Made by a program: the position numbers and the translations under genes
Notes under the pieces: generated by a model
What the model saw: only the letters and a program-made list of their open reading frames with translations
The model's database searches: none
What the model was told of the DNA's origin: nothing
Source of the DNA: Adineta vaga
Taxonomy: Eukaryota; Animalia; Rotifera
Length of the DNA stretch: 64,000 nt
Assembly: GCA_021613535.1 (NCBI GenBank)
Contig: CP075495.1
Coordinates: forward strand, 15,004,001-15,068,000
Reading direction: 5' to 3'
Shown: piece after piece, positions 1-10,904 of the stretch
Layout of the letters: each line of letters opens with the position of its first letter
Numbering within the stretch: the first letter of the stretch is position 1

Positions 1-393
1 TTGAATTGAGATGGTTGCCATGAGATATTCACTTGTAACATAAAATGTAAATTCAATAAAAGTCCACCAAGTACAGTACATATGTGTAGCTGGCTCGACA
101 TAACCATGACTGTAAAAACGAAGATTGAGTGGAAGAGTGATTGTCAATTGCATAAAGTTAACAATTAATAAGATTAATAAAGCACGATTATGTGGTGCTT
201 GTCGAATAGTAGGATTTTTGATAAAAAAGTAAAAGATGAAAAGAGAAAGAATAAATGCTGGAATTTGTAAAACGAGTAAAATAGAAAATTTAGTTCGATG
301 TAGGACTAGTTTTGTATCGACGAATGTTTCTATGTCATCCATATTGTTGTTTACAAGAAGAGAATGATGAATCAAATGAATATAATAGATCAT
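1..393 (-). CDS. Class A (rhodopsin-like) GPCR, 5' part, running off the window edge
   Basis: Absent from the ORF track because the frame is open to base 1. Manual translation from ATG 393 or 342: MDDIETFVDTKLVLHRTKFSILLVLQIPAFILSLFIFYFFIKNPTIRQAPHNRALLILLIVNFMQLTITLPLNLRFYSHGYVEPATHMYCTWWTFIEFTFYVTSEYLMATISIQ. This gives TM1-TM3, the conserved Cys at the top of TM3 and an A-x-S-I-Q lead-in to the DRY position. Confidence 0.8.
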   Translation of the reverse strand, partial: MIYYIHLIHHSLLVNNNMDDIETFVDTKLVLHRTKFSILLVLQIPAFILSLFIFYFFIKNPTIRQAPHNRALLILLIVNFMQLTITLPLNLRFYSHGYVEPATHMYCTWWTFIEFTFYVTSEYLMATISIQ

Positions 394-1300
394 TGAGGGT
401 ATCTATTTTAGTGATACCATGCAGAAATAGTTGTTAACGGTAAGAGTTTGTTTTGAATAGAAATGTATAGATAATGTCGGCTCGCATCAAACTCATTTAC
501 TCTTATTCATTGTGCTGATGCTATATTCATGAGGCGAAAGATGTTCCGCTTTTGTTAGAAATGAGAAGAAAAGTGGAAGATGGTTCATTTTTACCAGGAG
601 AGAAAAAACTATCATCTGACTGTATTTCTATATCTGTTTAAAGCTATATTAATTGAAATCATTTTCTAAGAATTGTGACACTTTTTTATTGAGTTTTTTG
701 TATTTGCGCATTTAAATTTCAAGATGTCAATCTCTCGAGGAGACAATATTTTTATAATTATCATTCAAAACTGAGTAAAGTTCTTGGTTTCCGGATGTTA
801 ACAAGAGCTATTCAATATATTCTCAGAATCGTTGCCACGTTACTGTTTAACAAATATTTTTCGATTTCAAGATTTAACTATAGAAATATGTTAATAATTG
901 TTACCAAATATTCCAATACAGAACAAATATATCAATGCTTTTTTTGTCGTCCTCTTTCATCGTATGATAAATTTAATCAGATAGAAAATACAAAAAAAAA
1001 CAACCTACCGCTTTATGCTTTTCGTAATTGCCTTTCTTTTTGTCAGATTATTGCTGATCTCAATGTTAAAACGAAATCTTTTTTCTTTCTACTAAATCAA
1101 GTTCATGTCCGAATATGCAATGAATGTCCTCTTTTGTGATTAAAAGAATGAGACAAGAGCTTTAAGAACATAATAATCTTGCCTCATCAGCTTCGATTTT
1201 GTGTACAAAAATAGCACAAGATTCAGTTCTTCCGGCAAGAATTTTCTCTGAACAATAAGAAAATTAAAATCTGGCTCGAACGTCGAGTAGTAAACATGTA

Positions 1301-1420
1301 CCTTTTTTATTTAAATATACACTGTAAAAATGAGCCACAAGAGAAGGCCAATTAGCATAATAATTCGTACACGGCAAAACAACGGAAATCGTAATAACCA
1401 GTAGCACGCAGTAGATATGA
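1301..1420 (-). pseudogene. Orphan exon paralogous to exon 1 of the membrane-protein gene at 4344-5741
   Basis: LVAHFYSVYLNKK-G|gtacat matches LVAHFYNGYVNDK-G|gtaatg at about 5654-5695, with the donor at the same position. No downstream exons were found. Confidence 0.45.
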
Positions 1421-2063
1421 GACTGATCGAATAATTTTATTGACTGTGCAAATGAAGATAGAATCGAAAAAGTTATATAAGAGGCATCCGATGAATCCAA
1501 TGACGAAAGAAAAAAGCAGATATTTCTCTTATAATGAGGAACAGTCGATTTGTCCATGTGTTGACAAAAATTACTTTTTTGTAATAATGAAGAAACGCTC
1601 AAAACGGTCAAAAGTTAATGATATAGAAGCAGATTTTAATATTGGATCAGAAAAAACTTCCAGATCTGTATTAAACGTTTTGAAAAATCTATAGTACGTA
1701 TTTCGGTAAGAAGGATGTGGGTGTAGATGTCGATGAAGACACAGTAAGAGCAAACCACACCAACACTCATACTCTTATCCTCATCCACACCCGTTCGTTC
1801 ATTCATTTACATGTTATTCTTTTCAAAATATGTTTCCTATATTTAGAGTTTATATTTTTGATTAATAAATATAAATGAGTAGTGCTCTCATCGGACTTTG
1901 TTTCTCATGTATCATCAAGTTATTCATTTGATATAATTGTAGAAAACAATCTCTTTTATTTTTATCTTGTTTATTTGATAAATCAGTGAAATAAGTAAGC
2001 AAAAGAATTTATGCGTACAAAAATTCTTCTCGAGGATAAAGAAAAGCAAAGTTTTTTTTGAAA

Positions 2064-2351
2064 TTAATTATTGTTAATAAATTTAGCCAATTCATCTTTT
2101 GAACTTTGATGAATAATTGATTTGCCGACTGTACTAGCATAAGCAGCTTTATCAAGAGCATATGGATAAAGCATTTTGGCAACTTTTAATTTGTCCGAAT
2201 CATGAACAATTAAACCAACTAATCTTGCTGCTTGACATGATTTAATCCTTTTCGCTGCATTAATGCTTCTTTCAATTGCAGTCACTTTATTACTGGAAGA
2301 ACCTGGTTTGCTTACTTCATCGACTAAAGTATTGAAACTATTATCATTCAT
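2064..2351 (-). CDS. Small DUF4476-like helical protein (95 aa), intronless
   Basis: From ATG 2351: MNDNSFNTLV...SCQAARLVGLIVHDSDKLKVAKMLYPYALDKAAY...SSKDELAKFI. This follows the DUF4476 pattern (M-x-D-x-x-F; D-x-x-K-L-x-x-A-K-x-L-Y; S-S-K-D-E-L). Confidence 0.65.
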   Translation of the reverse strand: MNDNSFNTLVDEVSKPGSSSNKVTAIERSINAAKRIKSCQAARLVGLIVHDSDKLKVAKMLYPYALDKAAYASTVGKSIIHQSSKDELAKFINNN

Positions 2352-3522
2352 TGTGAATATGATCAAAAATGATGAAAATAAGCTGCTTTTAAAGACTAAT
2401 TTGATCGTATGATCAATATTTATCTTGGTATTGCTCCTGATCAATCATAAACAACAAGGAAACAAAGAAATGATATCGTAAAAGTGTCCATTAATTCATA
2501 ATCTTCAAATATTTTAACTATATGAAGATATAATTGCCGAAGGGGCACGACTTTATCCACCGTCATAATACTTGAAATATTTACTATGCAATATAATTTT
2601 ATATTTTTACAAGTCAGTATAACCAGTTGTAAAATGACGTCTTTTTCTTTTCTTATCGTTTAGTTTTTTTAACAATGAGTACAAGATTTCGAATTGACAG
2701 TGTTGAAATGTCAAGTGATAAGTATTGATGCAAAACTTTGATACTCCAATACAAGAAATGTTAAAAACAGATAAATAAAATTTCCCGATATAGAGCATGA
2801 AACTGAATTAGACATCATGATGCAAATAATGGACACACCCACACCCTTAATTAATATTAGTTCGAAAACATGCAATTACGGGAGCTGACCTCATATATTT
2901 CATTCAAATTCTAAAAGTGTGTGTTATTGCGTTTTGAACTTTTTGCGTATTTATATTTAAAGTTGTCAACTAAATGTAATTCTTCAGAAGACAATACTTC
3001 CGATGATTATCCTTGAAGTATGAATAGAAAAGAAAGTAGGTTTGAAAAACCTTATTTTTTCTTGATATTAATAACAAGAATTATTTTATATCTATCTATT
3101 CTATTTTATTATTAAAAAAATATAAACTATAGATGAAAAGAAATCGTTTTTGTTTTCAAGGTTTAATTATACACAAATGCTATTAATATTTGATGATTTT
3201 CACTAAACATTTAGATATACAGAACAAATACATATCAGCCTTTTTTTCTGTTCTGCTATTCAACATAGGATATGACAAACACTTTTTCGTCGTTCTTTTT
3301 CGTCACATGGTAAGTCAAAACATATTCTTCAATTAAGATAATATGCTTGAATAGCCAAGCGTTTTTCTATATTTAATAAACATGCATTTAATGAACGAAA
3401 AGTGCCATTCTTAAAAATCATTTCTTGTATCGTCGGAAACGATTGTTACATTCATTCATGTATCTTTTGTTGAAGGTCTTTCTTTTTGTTTCTTTGAAGA
3501 CTTGTAACAATTATCAGACATC

Positions 3523-4014
3523 ATGCTGACTGTCAATACAATTAAACCAGGAACTGTTTTCGCATGGTTTATGTTAATGATGATAATACGACGTATAGTT
3601 TTACTGCTTGTTGCTGGCTTTTCAGGATGGAATCGACCATTTCAACCAGATACTCGAGTACCTGAAGATAAAATTTTGAAAAGAGATCAAATCGAACCAT
3701 CAAATAGTACAATAAATCCAGTAGTTTTTACAAAAGATATTCGTGTTAATAAAACAATTGGCAATGATTCAGAAAATGATACATACTTCATCATTCTTCT
3801 ATTCGCTACAGCCGTTTTCTCTGATACTGTCAGTGGTGATGGTACAAGAACGATTATATACGGAGTTATTTATCTATTTTTTCGTATAATTTATGCCATT
3901 ACATATATTTTAGCATTACAACCATGGCGAACAATTGCGTATATTTTTGGTTTAGCTTGTACATTAGCTTGTAGTTTAGATTTAGTGATTACATTATCAC
4001 GTCGAACATATTGA
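3523..4014 (+). CDS. MAPEG-family membrane protein (MGST1/PTGES-like), copy A
   Basis: 163 aa with 4 hydrophobic segments. NDSEN sits at the NDLEN position, and FRIIYAITYILALQPWR resembles the MAPEG R-x-x-H/Y...QP-x-R segment. Confidence 0.8.
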   Translation: MLTVNTIKPGTVFAWFMLMMIIRRIVLLLVAGFSGWNRPFQPDTRVPEDKILKRDQIEPSNSTINPVVFTKDIRVNKTIGNDSENDTYFIILLFATAVFSDTVSGDGTRTIIYGVIYLFFRIIYAITYILALQPWRTIAYIFGLACTLACSLDLVITLSRRTY

Positions 4015-4343
4015 TCAATAACGAATTGAAAGTTATTGAATTTGTGATAGATGTATAATAATCAAGCTTTAATGAAATAAAAGATCATATTATAATGTTT
4101 GAATCATTGTTTTTATTAGGATGAGAGTTTAGGCAAAGATGGAGGAGAGACACCATAACAAGTAACGAACGAATCAATGAGAATTTAATTTTTGACATTA
4201 AATACCATACTAAGATTCGTATCTTCTAAAACAAAGAATTATATTGAAAAAAAAGTCAATTTATTGAGATATTTAAAATAAAACATTTTCATATGAGAAA
4301 GAATCAAATATAGTTATTTTTGAAAATAATAATGAACATTTTG

Positions 4344-5741
4344 TTATTCAACAGAAACTATTGTTCTTTTTATTTTCGTTGGTTGTGATCGATAAAGACT
4401 TGCAATAAAAAGCAATGCAAATAATGCTGCATATTCAATCAAGTCAGGTGGTACTAGAAATTCATGATAATAATAATAACCGAAAATAACCAGTGGTACA
4501 AATGAATAAATATAATGATATATAATAAGAAGAACAATATTGATCAACAACCATGTTGAAAAAAGATAAATTTTTCGAGTAGTTTTGAATAATTTGTCAA
4601 CACTTTCAACAGCAATTTCACGTCCTGTACCCATTAATAATATCAAAAACATTGTTGACGAGATATATTGTTGTCTTATTTTTCTATCCATATCACCGTG
4701 TATGAACACAAAAATAGGTGGTAAAATATAAAGAACCAAGATAATAATAGTGCGGAGCCATTGAATTTTGAATGAAGAGTATAGATACTTAACGTCCCTA
4801 ATCATAATTTCATATGAAGCACCAAGAAAAGGTAGAGAAACTTCATGATCTCGAAAATTATGCCAAGGTTGCCAATCATTTTCATCTGAAATAACATTTA
4901 ATAATATTCAGACAAAAAATGGTAAAATAATTTGAAATCATCGAATATGATTAAAACAGTTTCTCATTGTATTTCGCATTTCTTTTACTTATAATATTTC
5001 TATAGTCAAAACAGTTTTGTTACTAATCTTACCTAGACATTTGAATGGTTCATTAATTACAAATAAGATAAAAAATAAATCATAATACAGTGTCCAAGGT
5101 GGACGAATCCACGTAATAAACATAAATTTTTTGCTGTTATAATAAGCATATGAACTAAACATAATCAATAGACTACAACTTAATAATTTCTTTTTCCGTC
5201 TTTTAATTTGATTATGTTCAATAGATCGAATCCATCGTTCAATAAACAATGACCAACATAAAATAATGAACGAAAATGTTTGATTATGAAAACTAATAAG
5301 CATACCAAGAATGGCAATTATCATCATGAAATAATCCATTTGATACAAACTGCATAGTTTAATTGCTGAGAGAAGAAATGTTATCCATGCATGTGATAAT
5401 GAACGAGAAAAAGCCACAAGAGATGCGTAACTTGTTGTATAATAAAGCATAATATTATAAATTCGATCTTTGTAATCAATAGATCTATATGTATGATGTA
5501 GTTGAATGTAGAGTAAAATATCTGTGAGTATGGTGAAGATGAAAACAGCAATATAGTCATCTTAATATAAAAAGAACAATATTATGTATGATTATACATA
5601 AGAGTATTGAAAATGTTCCGTATCATTCTGCTTGTAAAAATACTACGCATTACCTTTATCATTCACATATCCATTGTAAAAATGAGCCACTAAAAGGCGA
5701 ATAATAATAACAATAAAATAACTAATACATAAGCACTTCAT
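4344..5741 (-). CDS. Unknown multi-pass membrane protein, 3 exons, copy A
   Basis: Exons 5741-5654, about 5560-5033 and 4885-4344 join in frame through GT-AG introns (MKCLCISYF...NDK/DDYIAVF...KCL/DENDWQPWHNFRD...SVE). Many hydrophobic segments. Confidence 0.65.
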
Positions 5742-6269
5742 GTTAGAGACCAGTTGTTTTTTTGTATGAAACGAAATGTCGATCATCAGCATATATACGA
5801 GAAAGTAACAAAGATGTGTTTATTCCGTGCAAATAACCATGCATACACATGTATGCAGATAGTGAACAATTCCTTAGACAAATATATTTATCATACGATT
5901 AAAATCATGTCCGTCATTGTCACATTTCGAGCAGAAGGTCATTGAGAGGTTACATGCTTCATTTCTTCATTTACGATGAAGAGTTAACCAACAAAATCTG
6001 TGCGAACATACGATGATTGCTGATATTCACACAAACGTACTGTAAGAAAGGTGAGATGCATTTTAAAATTATCACATTTAAGCTGGTATGAGTTTATTAT
6101 CTATATGACTAGTTAAATGAATGAATATCTGTTACAAAAGAATAAAAGGTTTTAAATCATAATTGTCCTCCGTAATCGTTCAAAGATTGATTAAAATGTT
6201 TTATTAAGTCGTCTCTAAATGAAAAGAAAAGAACTTAGAATTTCAAGAACACACTATCAGTAAAAATAA

Positions 6270-6790
6270 TTACTTATGTACGTAATACAGTTTAAAACAT
6301 ATAATCAATAAAATGATTGTTATCCAGAAAATGTCATAGATAACACAGCAGACCATTGATGTTATTTTAATTCCGGTAACGCAACATATGATGAAAATAA
6401 ACAGAGAAATGGCTATCAAAGCTAAAAAGAATGGTAAATATCCAATCGAATCCTTCACATATGTAAAAGCCTAAAAAAACATGAACAATATGAATTTAAT
6501 CATTAATTTATATATCCAATAATTACATAAAAAGCCACTGCTGTTGTACCCATTGATGTGCCAGCACGAGTAAATTCAAATCAAAAATCCATTGAAAACT
6601 TTGAAGAAAATCTTAACTTTCTTAAGATACTGTATCCTACTTGTCCTTAATTAGAACACATTGTGAATTGGTATCCATTGTCTTCCAAAATGTTGTTTTC
6701 CATTCGTTCAATTTTCGTTTGTGTTTTCAATAGATTCGACTGATAGATGGTGCTGGTATTTGTATATATATTTCGAATGTACTTTTTAAA
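6270..6790 (-). pseudogene. Disrupted small membrane-protein gene, copy A
   Basis: The frame ...MENNILEDNGYQFTMCSN*GQVG...SMDF*FEFTRAGTSMGTTAVAFY|AFTYVKDSIG... has in-frame stops and ends in a two-TM exon. Confidence 0.45.
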
Positions 6791-7370
6791 CTACTGTTAA
6801 TTATCGGTTCTTTTATCAATTAACAAAGAGAAATTAATGAATCCATCAAGTCTTTTTTTCCAAGATTGTTTTTGTATTTAATTATAGACAACTTTTATCA
6901 ATAGTTTGTCACTAAATAGGTGACGCAGAACAAATATACAATTATTGATTATTTTTTTTTCATTTCGCATATTTTATTATGTTTTTCGTTCTTTCAGTCA
7001 TATAGTAAATCAGTGTATTCTGTAATTTAGGTGTTTTGTCTCAATATCTAATCAGTTATTTTTCCTCGTGTTTTTTGTGTGAATAAATGTGACCAATAAA
7101 GATTCGAGTGATTTAATCATAAAATGATAAATGATCAGTTCGATTGGATATAACTCCTTGAAGAAAATATTAACTAGATTTGATTTCATATAATTTCGAT
7201 TTTATTCGATGAAAAATAAATCCGAAAAAAAAGAATAATTCCTCCATTGTTGGAAACGAGTGTTCATGTCTTTTTGTTGAAGGTCACCTTTTTCAAATAG
7301 AAAGAACTTAAAAAGAGAATGTAACTACAAATTTATTTTCTTTAAAGACTTGTAGCAATTATCAGAAATC

Positions 7371-7795
7371 ATGGTGACTGTCAATACAATTCGATCAGGA
7401 ACTGTTTTCGCATGGTTTATGTTAATGATGTTATTAAGACGTATAGTTTTGCTGCTTGTTGCAGGCTTTTCAGAATGGAATCGACCATTTCCACCAGATA
7501 CTCGAGTACCTGAAGATAAAATTTTGAAAAGAGATCAAATAATTCGAAAGATGTTTATGTTAATAAAATAATTGAGAATGATACATATTTCATTATTCTT
7601 CTATTCGCTACGGCCGTTTTTTTCTGATATATTGTCAGTGGTAATTGTACAAGAACGATTATAAACGGAATTATTTATTTTGTTTTTTCGTATGATTTGT
7701 ACCATTACGTATATTTTAACATTACAACCATAGCGAACAATTTCGTATATGTTTGGTTTAGCTTGTAGTTTAGATTTAGTTATTACATTATCACT
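7371..7795 (+). pseudogene. Degraded MAPEG paralog, copy A
   Basis: The first 58 aa are nearly identical to the 3523 gene. After that come deletions, frameshifts and TGG>TAG, while DNA similarity continues to about 7795. Confidence 0.85.
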
Positions 7796-7984
7796 GACTA
7801 AATATATAATTTTCTAATCATTGAATGATTGTATTTTTAATTCGTTGTTTCTCTCCTTTTTTTTCTTCATTTTCCTCGTGGTAAATGATTCAGTAACAAG
7901 TGCTGTAAATATTCATTGAAGCGTATCATAGAAACGTGAACGAATATGTAAATCGTTTTTATTTATTAAATTTATATTAACGAT

Positions 7985-10030
7985 ATGTTATCAAAGGTAA
8001 AAACGTCGTGGAAAGTCAAACTAGCAAAACACTCATTGAGTAAACGAAATCGATTGAATAGACAATCTTTTGATGATAATCAAGAACAAGAACGAAAAGA
8101 GGATGATAATCAAGAAGATATTACATTGATTTGGTTAAGCAAGAATGAAGTAGATCAATCAATAATTTCATCTCTTCGAAATTCAATCAATTACATTCAA
8201 GTAAAAATTGACAAAGGATTTCAAGATTAAAATCATTGTTTTCTTCATATTTAGATTTTTTATGATGAAGACGAAGTTGTGTCATATGTGGAATCAATTA
8301 TCGAAGAAAAGATTGTATTAATTCTCGATTATATTTCTGATCATCTTTTGGCAATTTTAGAATCATTAAAACAAGTTTATGCTGTTTTTCTTTATACATC
8401 GATTGCACCGGTTGAGTTACCTTTACAAATAACTAATCATTGTATGACTGAAGGACAATTAATTGATGAAATCAATCGTGTTTATCATCAATTAAGTAAA
8501 CAAATGGTGATCTTTTCGATTTATAATCAAAAAAATAAGGAAAAAGCTGATTTAACTCGTGAAGCTGGTTCATTTCTTTTTTTTCAATTATTCAAAGCCG
8601 CATTTACGAAACTTCCTAAAAATTCTGAATCAAAAAAATTACTGATTACTAAATGTCGTCAATACTATGCAAGAAATACGAAAGTACTCGAAGAAATAAA
8701 AGATTTTGAAATGAATTATAAATCAAATGATGCATTAGAATGGTTTATAAATAAATCATTTATTTATCGTTTAATTAATAAAGCATTACGAACCGAAAAT
8801 ATTCGATCATTATGTTCTTTACATTTTTATATTGGTGATTTATCCAAACAATTAAACAAAGAATTTCATAAATTTAAAAAACAAAATTCAACATCAATAA
8901 TTAAATGTTATCGAAGTTTTCAAATTATACGAAATGAAATTCAACATTTTCAATATAATATCGAAAACTTAATCTTAACCAATGGATATCTTTCAGCGAC
9001 ACGACGTCAACATGTAAATTCTGATGTTGTCATGAAATCCAATGAAGAGAAAGTCTTATTTGAATATACAATTGATTTAAATGTCGTTAAATCAATTGTG
9101 TTTGCGGATATATCTGAATTTAATCAATTAGATGATGGCGAAAATGACATACTTTTCGATATAGGTACTGTTTTTAAGATAGATTCATGTACATATGATG
9201 AAAAAGACAAACAATGGATTGTAAATGTGCATGCTACTGATGAAGGTGTTGATATTGCATCGGAATATATTGAATATCAAAAATCAAAAATGGTGAATTC
9301 AAATTTAATCTTAATGCTTGGCCATTTAATTATTGAAATTGGTGATTATAATAAAGCGGAAAAATATTTCGAAGCGATTTTACATTCACCAATACCAAAT
9401 GATGAAGAAATTTCGTGTATTTACTATCATATAGGACGAATTCATCGTTTAAAAGGTGATCATACACATGCACTTGAATATCTTCATCAAGCTTATAGTA
9501 CACATTCTCAAGCCAAACCATCACGTTTAGTTAGTGCTGCTAAAGCATTAAATGCAATTGGAATTGTTTATCAAGAACAAAATAATACTCAACAAGCAAT
9601 TGAAACATTTGAAAATGTTTTAAAAATCTATGCAAAAACTATTCAAGGATATCATCCAGATGTTGCTGGAACATTAATCAATCTTGGGAATGTTTATTGT
9701 GAACAGGAACAATATTCTGATGCTCTATCTTGTTTTAATCGTGCACAAAGAATCTATGATTCTAATTTACCAGTTAATCATCCGAATGTTGCTATGCTTT
9801 GGAATAATTTGGGAAATTTATATTATCAACAATTGAAATTAGATTTTGCTTCAGATGCTTATCAACGTGCTTTAGCAATTTATGAGAAAATTTTATCTCC
9901 TAATCATCCAGATATTGTACGAAATAAACAGAATTTATCTAAAGTACAAACTATGCTTGGTGATCAATCTCAATTGGATTTAAAATGGAAATATGGTGGT
10001 GTAGATAATAGACAATTCGTTGAAGATTGA
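7985..10030 (+). CDS. Receiver-like N-terminus + ADP-ribosyltransferase-like domain + TPR repeats, copy A
   Basis: Exon 7985-8200, intron 8201-8254 (gt..ag), exon 8255-10030 in frame. ART-like motifs: WF...FIYRLINKALR, CYRS, NGYLSAT, ENDILF-x-x-G-x-x-F. C-terminal kinesin-light-chain-type TPRs (HPDVAGTLINLG, HPNVAMLWNNLG). Confidence 0.85.
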
Positions 10031-10904
10031 TATATTGGTAATTGATGGAAGAAAAGCGATAAAATAAAACGAAGAACGTTCCCTGAGAAATGTTTATAAG
10101 AGTTTAAAATTAATACTCTATAACAAATGTTATTTTTTGTAATTATAAACGATGAAACTTTACTAACTTGTTCGTCAATTCAAGTCTCTTCATAACTATT
10201 TGATTTAATTTCGTTAAGAATATTCAGATTTTTTCTGTTCGTGAAATTGAATAAATACATGACAAGAAGAAATTCATTGTAAAGAAATATTCGAATCATT
10301 ATTAGGGCAAGAAATAATTTTGTACCAACTTTGTGAGTCATCAGAGATGTTGGAATCTTCCAAAAGTTTCTCTTGATAATAACATAATTTTAACGACCTT
10401 TGATTTTCAGATAGAAAGGAGATTTTATCATAAAGATAAGTTCTCAAGTATAAAATGAAAACTATTTCATCATTGATTCAAAGTGAATTTGTCTGCAAAT
10501 ATTAAGGTAAGTTTTACTCTTTTCAATGATATATACGAAATAAACATTTCAAGTTATAAATATTTTGTTTTCATTTCTTTTTGCTGCTCTGACATTATGA
10601 TGTATGCATGTATATTGCAGTCTATCCTTATCTTATTGTAAGAATTATCAATTTCTTGTTTATTGACAAAGTTTCTGTTATATAACCAATCGTTATATCC
10701 TATTTTGATCACTGATTAGTGCGTCAGTGAGTAAACGTGCATGATATCCTGAGAAAAAAAATGTATTATACATAAGAATATTAATAACATTTTTTGTCGC
10801 TTTGCAGTTATTTTTTAAAGACAACGTTAATTGAATTTTATATATTTTATAATTTTTACTGTATTTTACACTTATTGATTCTTACAGGTATTTGATTTGA
10901 CTCA

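Noticed and set aside
795-1753. Short ORFs 795-1139, 1440-1694 and 1571-1753
   Set aside because: Low-information translations overlapping duplicated non-coding sequence and a CA-rich repeat.
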